64,000 bases of DNA from Fervidicoccaceae archaeon (GCA_038734945.1 JAVYOA010000001.1:62001-126000), one strand, 5' to 3'; positions 9,601 through 19,758 are shown, numbered from the stretch's first letter. The notes: a model not told the origin generated them from the sequence alone. A program made the numbers and translations.

Positions 9601-9711
9601 ATGTTCGAAGAAGAGGAAGAGTGGTGGGAGGAAGAAGAGGAAGGGGAAGAAGAGGAAGAGGAGTGGTGGGAAGAGGAAGAGGAGGAAGAGTGGGAAGAGG
9701 AAGAGTGGTAG
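9601..9711 (+). CDS. 36-aa hyperacidic Glu/Trp microprotein, unknown function
   Basis: MFEEEEEWWEEEEEGEEEEEEWWEEEEEEEWEEEEW*; SD GAGGTG 7 nt before ATG; GAA and GAG codons mixed in frame. Confidence 0.7.
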   Translation: MFEEEEEWWEEEEEGEEEEEEWWEEEEEEEWEEEEW

Positions 9712-9831
9712 GGAAAAAGACTGCAGTGACGCTTCCGAAAAATTATCAAGCGATTTTTGAAAAATAAGCTCTCTTTTTCAGGAAGGCAAAGGCTTATTTA
9801 ATGAGTTTTTGATTATAGATGTGTGGAAGGC

Positions 9832-10200
9832 ATGCTCCCTATACATGCAGTCTTTCAAACAGTTACAACTGTTGGAAACTTCTCCTCAATAGAGTTCCTA
9901 TCCTCCAATCCAAAGCTGCTCATTTCAATAGGGATACAGTTACTATTAGGAATACTTTTGGGGTATATACTAGCGAAGGCCTTCAAGTATATCATAGCTT
10001 TTATCCTTGTGCTAATTGCTGGTGTCATTCTCAATGTTTGGAGCATATCAAGCTCTGGAAACCTAATGGAGAGGTTAACTGGAAGCAAGGAATACTTGCA
10101 GTACTTCATTGATTTCGCCAAGTTCTTGGGAGTTCTCCTAGTAGGTCCAGTATTGGCAGGATTTGTTATTGGATTGATAATAGGATGGTTGCACAAATAA
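9832..10200 (+). CDS. Small membrane protein, FUN14-like
   Basis: GILLGYILAKAFKYIIAFILV and C-terminal AGFVIGLIIG hydrophobic pattern. Confidence 0.55.
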   Translation: MLPIHAVFQTVTTVGNFSSIEFLSSNPKLLISIGIQLLLGILLGYILAKAFKYIIAFILVLIAGVILNVWSISSSGNLMERLTGSKEYLQYFIDFAKFLGVLLVGPVLAGFVIGLIIGWLHK

Positions 10201-10317
10201 AGCTGCATCATTTCGTCATACTTATGTTTATAAAAAGCAGCATTCCTATTCTCAAACAGATCGTGAGGAAAAATATTTATTCTAACTCATGGCTCTCTCT
10301 TTCCCTGGGGAACAGAA

Positions 10318-11511
10318 GTGCTTAGATATGCTTCAGTTGATACTGCAATTATCAATGCTAAAAAACTATTAAACATCGAGCTGGAAAAGGAGTTTGTTGG
10401 CCTAGATTCACTCCTCGGAAGAATTTCTGCAGAAGAATTGAGATCGCCTATTGATATTCCTCCGACAGATAGAAGTGCTGTTGACGGTTTTGCCGTCTGC
10501 AGTGAAAGCGTTTCATCTGCTTCTCCAAACAATCCAATTCCTCTTGTAGTTGCAAGTTCAGATAAGGGAAGCATCTCATGTGGAGAGACGGTTCCAATTT
10601 CAACGGGAGACCCCCTTCCAGAAGGAGCAGATGCTGTTGTGATGCTCGAGGACACAGAGAGAGAAGGAGGCACTCTTCTAGTTATGAGGAGCGCAGCAAA
10701 GTATGATAATGTCTCAAGAAAAGGGGAGGACTTCGAGAAGGGAAAAATCGTAATAGAGAGGGGGACCGTTATAAGGCCATGGCATTTAGCTTCTATTTCG
10801 ACAGTTGGTATGAGGGGGATAATTGCTTATAGAAAAATCAGAGTGGGAATAATAGCCACCGGCTCTGAAGTGACAGAGCCTGGAGGAGAGGGGTTCATAT
10901 TTGACTCAACTTCGAGGTTGATTGCTTCATATTTTTCTGAGCAGGGGTTCTTCGATGTAAAGAGATATGGCATTGTGAAAGATGATATTGAAATGATAGC
11001 TTCTTTTTTGATGAGGGCTGCAAAAGAGAGCGATGTCATAATAACAACAGGCGGGACGGGGCCTGGCTCTAGGGATCTATCAATAAATGCTCTCCTTAGG
11101 GCAGGGGGAAAGCTGCTCGTGAGGGGAATCGCAATGCGCCCAGGGAGGCCAACAAGCTATGGAGAGCTGGAGGGGAAGCCCGTATTTCTCCTCTCAGGGT
11201 ATCCCGTAGCAGCATTTGTTGGGGCAAGATTCATAATTTTGCCATTCATAGAGGAGAAGATTGGTATTAAGGATGATAGGTTGAAATTTGTTTTTGCTAG
11301 GCTGAAGAGCAGAGTTGCGGGAGAGGGTGGACTAGAGAGCTTCATAAGAGTGAAGCTAAACAGCTGTGGAAACGAGCTATGCGCAGAACCCATCCTTTTG
11401 AGGGGGTCTGGGATACTGAGCTCTCTGCTCAAGTCAGGAGGCTTCTTAAGAGTGCCGGCAAATGTTGAGGGATTTGAGGAAGGAGAAATTGTCAGAATCG
11501 AACTTGCTTAA
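10318..11511 (+). CDS. moeA: Molybdopterin molybdotransferase MoeA
   Basis: PPTDRSAVDGFAV, ISTGDPLPEGADAVVMLE, TTGGTGPG, MRPGRP, LSGYPVA. Confidence 0.93.
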   Translation: MLRYASVDTAIINAKKLLNIELEKEFVGLDSLLGRISAEELRSPIDIPPTDRSAVDGFAVCSESVSSASPNNPIPLVVASSDKGSISCGETVPISTGDPLPEGADAVVMLEDTEREGGTLLVMRSAAKYDNVSRKGEDFEKGKIVIERGTVIRPWHLASISTVGMRGIIAYRKIRVGIIATGSEVTEPGGEGFIFDSTSRLIASYFSEQGFFDVKRYGIVKDDIEMIASFLMRAAKESDVIITTGGTGPGSRDLSINALLRAGGKLLVRGIAMRPGRPTSYGELEGKPVFLLSGYPVAAFVGARFIILPFIEEKIGIKDDRLKFVFARLKSRVAGEGGLESFIRVKLNSCGNELCAEPILLRGSGILSSLLKSGGFLRVPANVEGFEEGEIVRIELA

Positions 11512-11575
11512 TAAAAATTTTTCTATACAATAGCTATATTTATGCCATTCAAAAAGTAGGATTTGGTGCTTTGGC

Positions 11576-13546
11576 TTGAGCACAGAAAGGAAGTTATTCC
11601 ATGTGCTAATGTCACCAGGGGAAGCACTGGAGGCCCTCAGGAGAGAGGGTGTTCTCTCTCCACTGGGAACAGAAAAAGTAAACATAGAGGAATCTCTCCA
11701 CAGAGTAATTGCCACAGATATTTATTCTCCTATTGACTATCCTCCCTTTGATAGAAGCGAAGTTGATGGATATGCTGTCAGCATAAGATCTGTAGAAGGT
11801 GCTGATGAGCTCCACCCAATCAGATTGAAGATCAAGGGATATCAGAAAATAGGAGAATCCCCTGTTGGAGAGGTTGGTCTTGGAGAAGCTATTGGAATTG
11901 ATACTGGTGCAGTTATCCCAAGAGGGGCAACTGGAGTTGTCATGGAGGAACACACAGTTAAAGTTGGAAACAGCACAATAGAAGTAAGGAAGTCTGTATC
12001 CCCTGGAGAGAACATAGCTTTTGCTGGCTCCGACATAGCTAGAGGAGAGCTCATAGTGCCGAGGGGAACAATGCTTACTCCAGAGAAGATAGCCGTTTTG
12101 AGCTCTCTAGGAATAAAGGAAATCGAGGTTTACAAGATACCGAAAATCTCGGTTCTGTCAACAGGGAACGAAATAGTAAGCCCAGGCGATAATCTTCCTG
12201 TAGGGAAAATATATGAATCAAACGGTAGGATGATATTATCTTTTCTAGCATCCCTAGGCATAGGAGCTAATTTTGCAGGAGTTGTGGAGGACAGCTATGA
12301 GAGAATGAAGGAGAGGTTGGAGGAACTGATCAGGAAAAGTGATATAGTGATAACAAGCGGCGGGACCTCGGCTGGAGAGGAGGACGTTGTATATAGGGTA
12401 TTTCAAGATATTGGAAAAATCGTAGTGCATGGCCTCAGAATGAAGCCGGGCAAACCCACGGTAATAGCAGTAAGTGGAAGAAAGCTGATGATAGGGCTTC
12501 CTGGCTTTCCTCTTTCGGCTTTGACAAATCTGATTTTGCTGGTTAAGCCCATCCTAATGGAAATAATGGGCTCCTCATCAAGGCAAGCTCCCCTGACGGC
12601 AGCCTTTACCGGAAGACTGAGAAAAGGACTCGGGAGAACCTGGATTGTTCCAGTTATGCTCAACAACTTGGAAGGGATCATCCATGCAGTTCCCATCCCC
12701 TCTCAGTCTGGAAGCGTCTCGAGCCTCATGAGAACTGATGCAATAGCTATCCTCCCTGAAGAAAGTGAAATCATAGAGGATGGAGAACTTGTCAAGGTAA
12801 TTCCAATAAGGCAGGAATTTCCTCCATGGAGAGAAGCGCTCCTAGTAGGGAGCCATGACCTCCTCCTCCAGGATTATCTGAGAGCTTTGAGTTTGAATGA
12901 AAGAATAGGGGCAGCTTTCACTGGCTCGTTCAGGGGACTGAACCTGCTGAAAAGGGGAGTCATAGATATTGCACCCATCCACCTCCTGGATGAAAAAAGC
13001 AACACGTACAATGCTCCGTTCATAAAAAGCGATGATTTGCTTTCCAAAATGGCTTTCTTGATAAGAGGTTACAAAAGGAGGTTGGTGCTTGCCTTCAGAG
13101 GCGAGAACGAGGTGGAGAGTCTAGAGGACGCGATGGAGAAAGGCCTGAGATTTGTGAACAGGAACATAGGTTCCGGTACGAGGACCTTCATAGATCTTAC
13201 TTTGAAGCAAATTGCTGCAAAGAGAAATGCGACCCTGGAGGAGGTGAAGAAGAAGCTAAAGGGATATGAGCATGAGGCACCGAATCACAACGCGGTTGCT
13301 GCTGCCATATCCCAAGGGAGGGCTGATGTAGGCATATGCATAGAGCATGCAGCTGCACTCTATGGACTGAACTACAGAGCTGTAGCTGAGGAGCAATACG
13401 ATTTTGCCATACTCAGAAAGAGCCTGAACAAAGAAGCAGTTTCTAGATTCGTGGATGGCTTGAAAGATGGGTCTATTGGTAAAATAGCTGAAAAATACAT
13501 TGGGTATATTGTAGATGGTAGTGCTGGAACTGTGGTGTGTTGTTAG
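11576..13546 (+). CDS. moeA: MoeA fused to a C-terminal periplasmic-binding-protein (PBP) domain
   Basis: PPFDRSEVDGYAV, MKPGKPT, GLPGFP, then GSHD, FVNRNIGSGTR, HNAVAAAISQGRADVG, EQYDF. Confidence 0.92.
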   Translation: MSTERKLFHVLMSPGEALEALRREGVLSPLGTEKVNIEESLHRVIATDIYSPIDYPPFDRSEVDGYAVSIRSVEGADELHPIRLKIKGYQKIGESPVGEVGLGEAIGIDTGAVIPRGATGVVMEEHTVKVGNSTIEVRKSVSPGENIAFAGSDIARGELIVPRGTMLTPEKIAVLSSLGIKEIEVYKIPKISVLSTGNEIVSPGDNLPVGKIYESNGRMILSFLASLGIGANFAGVVEDSYERMKERLEELIRKSDIVITSGGTSAGEEDVVYRVFQDIGKIVVHGLRMKPGKPTVIAVSGRKLMIGLPGFPLSALTNLILLVKPILMEIMGSSSRQAPLTAAFTGRLRKGLGRTWIVPVMLNNLEGIIHAVPIPSQSGSVSSLMRTDAIAILPEESEIIEDGELVKVIPIRQEFPPWREALLVGSHDLLLQDYLRALSLNERIGAAFTGSFRGLNLLKRGVIDIAPIHLLDEKSNTYNAPFIKSDDLLSKMAFLIRGYKRRLVLAFRGENEVESLEDAMEKGLRFVNRNIGSGTRTFIDLTLKQIAAKRNATLEEVKKKLKGYEHEAPNHNAVAAAISQGRADVGICIEHAAALYGLNYRAVAEEQYDFAILRKSLNKEAVSRFVDGLKDGSIGKIAEKYIGYIVDGSAGTVVCC

Positions 13547-13559
13547 GCATCTAAGTTCA

Positions 13560-14036
13560 TCATTTTTTATGAGGCCCCTCGAACCTTTCTACTTCTTCCA
13601 GTAAATGATCAAGGATCCTCTTCAGAATATCGAGACCTGTTTCCACTGCATTGCTTGAACCAGGCAGAACTACAGCAATCTTGCCGTCAGGCAGTATGAA
13701 GAGCTCGCTTCTGGAGATCAAAGCACTATATCCCGCTGATTCCAGGGATCTCATTCTGAAAAACTCTCCGAAGCCAGGAAGCTTCCTCCATGCTAAGCTC
13801 TCCAGCACATCTACTGTTATATCTCTTGGGCTCGGACCTGTCCCTCCTATATATATGAGAACTTTATCCCTTGCTTCTCTCGTTGCTCTCAGAATTTCCC
13901 TGAAGCTATTGCTTATGTACTTGATGGTGCTCACTGTATAGCCTGATGATTCCAGAATGTTCTTTGCCAGCAGGCCGCTCTCATCCTTCGCCTCTCCCGA
14001 AGCTACTCTATCACTCACCACGATTATCTCTATCAT
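13560..14036 (-). CDS. moaB: Molybdopterin adenylyltransferase MoaB/Mog
   Basis: IIVVSDR, DESG, GGTGPSPRDITV, LPGFGEFFR, LPGS; start placed at MIEIIVV. Confidence 0.88.
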   Translation of the reverse strand: MIEIIVVSDRVASGEAKDESGLLAKNILESSGYTVSTIKYISNSFREILRATREARDKVLIYIGGTGPSPRDITVDVLESLAWRKLPGFGEFFRMRSLESAGYSALISRSELFILPDGKIAVVLPGSSNAVETGLDILKRILDHLLEEVERFEGPHKK

Positions 14037-14493
14037 CTCCGAGCAGCCTCCTAACCCTTTTTTCCCCAATTATCCAGTACTCTCCATCATCCCTTTTTTC
14101 AAGCTTGAATATTGGGACCTCTCTCTTTATCCTCTCAACTGTTTCCTCGAGAGCTGGAAAGAGTTCCTTCCTGCTTCTCCCGGCAACAGCTACAAAGAGT
14201 GTGGGCTCTCCTGGATTTAGAATTCCTATCCTATGAATAAGCACTATGCTTCTCAAGTTCCATTTTTCTTTCTGCTCTTCAGCAATTTTCCTCAGAGCAT
14301 CCTCAGCTGCTGCTCTAATGCAATCATATTCGAGCTGATTCACTTTTCCTCCATCTTCCACTTCTCCCTTAACAACACCCAGGAAAACAGCTATTCCTCC
14401 AATGTCGGGGAAATCCCGTGTGCTCCTCATTTCTTTCAATATTGCTTCGACGTTCATATCCTCTTCTTTCTCTGCTATCTTTGCTATTATCAT
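14011..14493 (-). CDS. moaE: Molybdopterin synthase catalytic subunit MoaE
   Basis: GGIAVFLGVVK, LEY, HRIGIL, IKREVPIFKLE; SD GGAGGGTGA before ATG 14493. Confidence 0.9.
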   Translation of the reverse strand: MIIAKIAEKEEDMNVEAILKEMRSTRDFPDIGGIAVFLGVVKGEVEDGGKVNQLEYDCIRAAAEDALRKIAEEQKEKWNLRSIVLIHRIGILNPGEPTLFVAVAGRSRKELFPALEETVERIKREVPIFKLEKRDDGEYWIIGEKRVRRLLGDDRDNRGE

Positions 14494-14497
14494 TCGA

Positions 14498-14731
14498 TCA
14501 CCCTCCAGAGAAATTCGGGGCAATTTCCAAAAGATCCCCCTCTTTCAGCCTGCGGTCCATTGAGGAGGGTGAGCCGTTAACAAAAGCAGCGAGTCCATAG
14601 ATAGATGGGGCATCCTTAGGGAGGAGGAGTGAAATAAGCTCCCCTACAGTTACCCCTTCGTTGACATCGACCTCTTTCTTCTTCCCTATTATCTCTGAGT
14701 AAATTGATATACCACTTATGATGACTTTCAT
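14498..14731 (-). CDS. moaD: Molybdopterin synthase sulfur carrier MoaD
   Basis: FVNG, LKEGD, C-terminal PNFSGG; between moaC and moaE. Confidence 0.88.
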   Translation of the reverse strand: MKVIISGISIYSEIIGKKKEVDVNEGVTVGELISLLLPKDAPSIYGLAAFVNGSPSSMDRRLKEGDLLEIAPNFSGG

Positions 14732-15180
14732 GCTTTCTCCTTCACCTTTCTAACAACTTTTATCTCCTCTATAGCTGTGGTGGGATATTGACCTTCCTCG
14801 TCCTTTTCATATTTCTTAACCATATCCCAGATATTGAGGAGGGCTGCTGAGACCCCAGCGAGAGCTTCCATTTCAACGCCAGTTTTGGCCTGTGCCCTAA
14901 CCGTGACATGGACCCTGATTCCGTCTTCCTCGAAGTTGAACTTCACATCCACTCCTGTTATTGGGATGTTATGAGTTAGAGGAAGAAGTTCCGGAGTTTT
15001 CTTGACTGCTAGAACGGCTGCAAGTGTAGAGGCAGAGAGAACATCTCCTTTCTCTACTTTTCCCTCCTTTATGAGCTGAATTGTTTCCCTTTTCAGTTTG
15101 ATCTTTCCAGAGGCTACTGCTTCCCTTTGTACTTCGCTCTTTCCACTTATATCAACCATCTTGATTCCCATTTTTACCAC
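14728..15180 (-). CDS. moaC: Cyclic pyranopterin monophosphate synthase MoaC
   Basis: MVDISGK, KGDVL, KKTPELLPLTH, TGVEMEAL, IWDMVK. Confidence 0.95.
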   Translation of the reverse strand: MVKMGIKMVDISGKSEVQREAVASGKIKLKRETIQLIKEGKVEKGDVLSASTLAAVLAVKKTPELLPLTHNIPITGVDVKFNFEEDGIRVHVTVRAQAKTGVEMEALAGVSAALLNIWDMVKKYEKDEEGQYPTTAIEEIKVVRKVKEKA

Positions 15181-16105
15181 CTTTTGTGAAGTAGGGCTTT
15201 CTGAGCTCCACCGCCCTGTGAATAGCTTCTATAACTCCACGAGAATCTCTTTCCTTAATAGGCCTCAAAAAATCTATGTATGGTTCCTCAACAAAGAGGC
15301 AGGTCTTTATTCTCCCTTCAGGAGTTATTCTGAGCCTGGTGCACCCTTCACAGAGATTCGGGTTCCCATACCCTCTTATGAGAGTTACCTCTGTCCCGTT
15401 CGGAAGAACGTAGCTTGGACGATTCTGAAATTTCTTCAGCTTCGAAGTTCCTCCAAGCTCAACAAGAATTCTCTCCAGGCCGTCAAATTTCTCGTGCTCT
15501 CTATTATAGACGGGAAGGGGGGTTCCAAGTGGTATTAATTCTATTATGTTCATATCGGCTCCAATGCCAGCAGCAAAGTTAATCAGTTGAGGCAGCTCCT
15601 CTCTGTTTGATCTCATGAGTATGAAGTTCAGTTTCACCTTAATTCCGTAATCAATAGCCAACCTGATTCCACGCAGGACTATGTCAAGGCTCCTCGATCC
15701 TCCTGTCAAATAAGCATATGTCTCCTTTCTTAGAGAGTGAACACTAACATTTATTCTCTTGAGCCCTCCGTCTGCCAGATCCTTTGCTTTCACGCTGAGG
15801 AGGGATCCATTCGAGGTCATCGTAACGTCTCCGCCTTCACTGCTTATCTCTTTAACTATTTCTGCTATGTCATCCCGTATGAGGGGCTCTCCCCCTGTTA
15901 TTTTGTAGCTTTTAATGCCCAAACCAATTGAGACCTTTGTGAGAAAGCCATAGTCCTGAGGAGTCAAGAGCTCGTTTCTTCCTGCTCCTGTTATGCCTTC
16001 CCTGTGGCAGAAGATACATGCATAATTGCACCTTGTTGTAACGACCAGCCTGTAACTATCAACACATCGGCCAAATCTATCTCTGAGATAGCATTCCAAG
16101 TGCAA
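15152..16105 (-). CDS. moaA: GTP 3',8-cyclase MoaA (radical SAM)
   Basis: DRFGR, CNYACIFC, TGGEPL, C-terminal CEGCTRLRIT...TCL. Confidence 0.95.
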   Translation of the reverse strand: MHLECYLRDRFGRCVDSYRLVVTTRCNYACIFCHREGITGAGRNELLTPQDYGFLTKVSIGLGIKSYKITGGEPLIRDDIAEIVKEISSEGGDVTMTSNGSLLSVKAKDLADGGLKRINVSVHSLRKETYAYLTGGSRSLDIVLRGIRLAIDYGIKVKLNFILMRSNREELPQLINFAAGIGADMNIIELIPLGTPLPVYNREHEKFDGLERILVELGGTSKLKKFQNRPSYVLPNGTEVTLIRGYGNPNLCEGCTRLRITPEGRIKTCLFVEEPYIDFLRPIKERDSRGVIEAIHRAVELRKPYFTKGGKNGNQDG

Positions 16106-16251
16106 GGATCACCATGTACTGATTTGAATTGAACTTTATCTTCCTCCTTTCTCTCTAAAAATTGTTTCTCATATAAGAAAAACTTTCTGTATAAATTGAA
16201 TATGTACAGGTTATGACGATAGAGCTGTTTGGAAGTGCAGTTTTATCGCAG

Positions 16252-16503
16252 TTATCCTCCACCAACAGGAGGAAATATGCTCACAGTATCATCTTCCTCT
16301 ATTTCTGTGTTCAGCCCTTGCTTCTCGGTTATGTTGCTGCCATTGACTAAAATGAGGAAGCCTCTCTCCAGCTCCTTTTTGAAGCCGGGATATTTGGAAT
16401 CAAGGGCATCTATTAGTTCCCTCACTGTTCTTGGACCATTGATCTCGATGGTCCTAGATCCCACAATGTCTATGAGCGTCGCAAAAACCTTCACGTGAAC
16501 CAT
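16252..16503 (-). CDS. MoaD/ThiS/SAMP ubiquitin-like protein
   Basis: VKVFATL, ILVNG, FPPVGGG C-terminus. Confidence 0.88.
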   Translation of the reverse strand: MVHVKVFATLIDIVGSRTIEINGPRTVRELIDALDSKYPGFKKELERGFLILVNGSNITEKQGLNTEIEEDDTVSIFPPVGGG

Positions 16504-16640
16504 GAGTTCTCCCTTTGAATTTTGGGAATTGTTCTCTATTAAGATAATTGCTATTTCTCCATTATATTTTTCTTCTCTATATCATGGAAAACCACACCCT
16601 TTAAGAAGTCAGATAGAGAAAGATATACCAAACAATAAAA

Positions 16641-17033
16641 GTGGAGTTCGTGCTGAAAATGGGCTTTAGGCAATTCCTGCATGCAGTGGAATCTGCCTTC
16701 AGATCGGAAGGGTGTTTCACGGGCATCAAAGATAATGCCCTCCTCATTAAGTGCAGGTTTGAAGAAGGAGAAGCTGTCATGGTGCTGGAGCGGGATGTAG
16801 AGGGCTATCTCAGATTCTCTCTTCTCACAGACTATTCAGCTGAAGAGATTGAGGGGTCTGTCCTGGAGCACAATTTTGCATTGTATGGGATAAAGGTTAT
16901 GAAGGATAGTGAGGGATTTCTAGCTCTGGCAGTCGAACTGCCTGAGGAGTGCGCTTTGTCCCTGGGGCCCAAGCACTTTGTAAAGGAAGCGCATAGAATG
17001 ATAAAAGCTCTTAAAGCCTTCTTAACGAGATAG
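16641..17033 (+). CDS. Hypothetical protein
   Basis: 130-aa ORF filling the gap before glyS with normal composition; no motif recognised. Confidence 0.55.
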   Translation: MEFVLKMGFRQFLHAVESAFRSEGCFTGIKDNALLIKCRFEEGEAVMVLERDVEGYLRFSLLTDYSAEEIEGSVLEHNFALYGIKVMKDSEGFLALAVELPEECALSLGPKHFVKEAHRMIKALKAFLTR

Positions 17034-17082
17034 GAAAGGTTATTTTCTCTCTACTTTAAAGCAAAAGGAAAAGTGATCCAGC

Positions 17083-18795
17083 ATGGAGACAGGAAGTGCA
17101 GCTGATAGAGTCTTCGAGGTTGGAAAGAGGAGGGGGTTCTTTTGGCAGTCCTATGAAATATATGGCGGTCTCAGTGGAATGTATGACCTAGGACCATATG
17201 GCATCATGCTGAAGGAGAACATAATCAATGAGTGGAAGTACCACTTCATAAGAAGGCACCAGGAGATAATGGCTGAATTAGAGACTCCGATAATCGGACC
17301 AGAAATCGTATATGCAGCCTCAGGACATCTAGAGAGCTTCACAGACCCAATAGTTACCTGTCTAAGCTGTGGGAGGAAGTTCAGGGCAGATCAGTTAATA
17401 GAGGAAGCTGCTGGAGTTAAGGTGGAAGGCAAGCCAAATGAGGAGCTAACTGCAATTATAAAGGAAAGAGGAATAAAATGTCCAGTTTGTGGTGGAGAGC
17501 TAAGCGAGGTGAAGGCCTTCAATCTCCTCTTCAAGACCCAAGTGGGACCCTATGAGGGGAGCATTGGATATGTGAGGCCTGAGCTTGCCCAGGGAATGTT
17601 TCTCAACTTTAAGCGTGTGTACAATGTAATGAGGGAGAAGCTACCGATTGGGATAGCACAGGTAGGCAGAGTGGGGAGGAATGAGATATCTCCAAGGCAG
17701 GGCATGCTTAGGCTCAGAGAGTTCACTATAATGGAGCTCGAGTTCTTCTTCGATCCCGATAATCCTGGCCATGAGGGATATATTGAGCCGCTGCTCGGAA
17801 GAAGTCTGAGGATTCTCACCGCTAACGATAGGATTTCTGGAAGAGAGGAGCCTAGAACAATGACTCTCAGGGAAGCACTGGAAAGCGGAACAATAAAGAC
17901 TCCCTGGCTCGGCTACTGGATGGTTGTCTCTCTGGACTTTCTGAAGGCTCTAGGAATTCCAGAGGAGAACATATATTTCGAGGAGAAGCTTCCAGAGGAG
18001 AGAGCCCACTATTCAAGGCAAACATTCGATCAGCTTGTAAAGACAGAGAGATGGGGGTGGATTGAGGTCTCTGGACATGCATATAGGGGGGATTATGATT
18101 TATCGAGACATTCTATTTACAGCAAGCAGGACCTCTCTGTTTTCAGGCAGTTCAAATCTCCTGCAATAAAAAGGAAGAAAGTTGTAAAGGTGAATAGAGC
18201 TATACTAGGAAGACTATTCAGAGAGAGAGCCGTTGAAATAGAGAGAGCAATTCTCTCCATGGATCCTTCTGCTATCGAGAAGCTTCTGGAGGAGAGAGGT
18301 TGGATTGAAATAAATGGAGAGAGGATCAGTGCAGAAGCTATATCCATTGAGGAAATAGAGGAAAAAGAGGCTGGCAGGAGGATCATTCCCCATGTCGTTG
18401 AGCCATCCTTCGGTGTGGAAAGGTTGCTATATGTCGTAATGGAGTATGGGCTGAAAGAGAAGGAGGATAGGATCATTCTCTCCATACCTGCAAGGCTCTC
18501 TCCCATCAAAGTAGCGGTCTTCCCCCTCGTTAATGACGAAGCGCTGGAGAAAATTGCCATGGATTTATATGAGAGGATCAAGCAAACAGGCATAACAGCA
18601 GTGTACGATAATTCTGGGAGCATTGGAAGAAGATATGCAAGAGCTGATGAAATTGGAGTTCCCTTTGCCATAACCGTGGACTTTCAGAGCACACAAGATG
18701 GTACTGTAACAGTTAGAGATAGAGATAGCTGGAAGCAGGAGAGAATCAAGATATCGGAGGTCATAGATCTTATTAGAAAGAAGATTTCCTTTTGA
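17083..18795 (+). CDS. glyS: Glycine--tRNA ligase (alpha2 type)
   Basis: RRGFFWQSYEIYGG, ASGHLESFTDP, RNEISPRQGMLRLREF, ERAHYS, PHVVEPSFGVER, SIGRRYARADEIG. Confidence 0.97.
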   Translation: METGSAADRVFEVGKRRGFFWQSYEIYGGLSGMYDLGPYGIMLKENIINEWKYHFIRRHQEIMAELETPIIGPEIVYAASGHLESFTDPIVTCLSCGRKFRADQLIEEAAGVKVEGKPNEELTAIIKERGIKCPVCGGELSEVKAFNLLFKTQVGPYEGSIGYVRPELAQGMFLNFKRVYNVMREKLPIGIAQVGRVGRNEISPRQGMLRLREFTIMELEFFFDPDNPGHEGYIEPLLGRSLRILTANDRISGREEPRTMTLREALESGTIKTPWLGYWMVVSLDFLKALGIPEENIYFEEKLPEERAHYSRQTFDQLVKTERWGWIEVSGHAYRGDYDLSRHSIYSKQDLSVFRQFKSPAIKRKKVVKVNRAILGRLFRERAVEIERAILSMDPSAIEKLLEERGWIEINGERISAEAISIEEIEEKEAGRRIIPHVVEPSFGVERLLYVVMEYGLKEKEDRIILSIPARLSPIKVAVFPLVNDEALEKIAMDLYERIKQTGITAVYDNSGSIGRRYARADEIGVPFAITVDFQSTQDGTVTVRDRDSWKQERIKISEVIDLIRKKISF

Positions 18796-18876
18796 GTTCA
18801 AAGGCTAGGTTAACTATATATTCTTTCACTTTTTCTAATATTTCATGAAGCTGACAGTTGATATGAGGTAAGTAGC

Positions 18877-19218
18877 ATGGCTGAGGAGGAAAAGCTACCA
18901 GAGAAGAAGGACCTGAAGTCTCTCCTTGCCGTTATACCGCCTGCCAGTTCGCAGGAAAAGCCCAAAACTGTGAGGGAGAAAAGAATAAGGGTAAGATACA
19001 GCTCTGCCAAGGCAGGACAGATCCTCATAAATTCATCGTTGGCAAAGGAGCTTGGAATAGGAGAGAAAGCAGAAATTGTGATAGCAGGAAAAAAGAAATT
19101 TGTTTTCTCAGTAGTTATTGATGACTCGGTTCCCCCGAACATTGTATATGCAAATACGGAATTCATGAAGGAAAACGGTGTTGCGGACAATAGCATAGCC
19201 ACTCTCAGGTCCGCATGA
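18877..19218 (+). CDS. Hypothetical protein, possible double-psi beta-barrel (Cdc48-N-like)
   Basis: Two-fold internal pattern ILINSSLAKELGIGEKAEI / VYANTEFMKENGVADNSIATL. Confidence 0.6.
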   Translation: MAEEEKLPEKKDLKSLLAVIPPASSQEKPKTVREKRIRVRYSSAKAGQILINSSLAKELGIGEKAEIVIAGKKKFVFSVVIDDSVPPNIVYANTEFMKENGVADNSIATLRSA

Positions 19219-19231
19219 TTGAGAACAGAGC

Positions 19232-19630
19232 GTGGTGGTTTTGAGATCTAGACCAAGGGACTTTCAAACCATAATGACAGAGAGGGAGAAGGTCTACAGG
19301 AAGCTTGAAGAAATGCTTGAGTCCAGACTGGGGGATGAAGAGGAAAGGAAGGTTATTGCGCTCTTGGAGAGGAGCAGAAGAATCAGGGCGGAAATGATTC
19401 TATTCATAGAGCAGTACTCCTCACAGGCAAACAACGAGGAGGAAATGGAGTATGTGAGAACAATCATGGACTTTCTCAGATTAGTTGACTCGGAAAGGGA
19501 ATCTGAGCTCATAGAGAGAGTCATCGATCTCTCTCTAAAAAGCGACGGTATCTTGAAAGAGAAAAGGGATTGGCTAATGGAACAGCTTGAGGAGAGCAGG
19601 AAGCTAGGAAGGTTGTACGCCGTTCAGTGA
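19232..19630 (+). CDS. Hypothetical helical, charged protein
   Basis: 132-aa E/R-rich ORF in tandem with the upstream gene. Confidence 0.55.
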   Translation: MVVLRSRPRDFQTIMTEREKVYRKLEEMLESRLGDEEERKVIALLERSRRIRAEMILFIEQYSSQANNEEEMEYVRTIMDFLRLVDSERESELIERVIDLSLKSDGILKEKRDWLMEQLEESRKLGRLYAVQ

Positions 19631-19758
19631 AGGACTGAGATTTTTATGAAAAGAAAGCTTATAAGGATTCGAAATGAGATTCTCTATAAGCTCAATGATA
19701 GAAATTAATATGGGACCCACCGAAATTTGGCAAAAAAATCGAAAGGTGTTCACTCATA

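Noticed and set aside
9601..9711. Purine-rich GAA/GAG tract as a microsatellite or CRISPR-like repeat
   Set aside because: No fixed unit or spacers; variation respects codon frame, so it is treated as a coding ORF.
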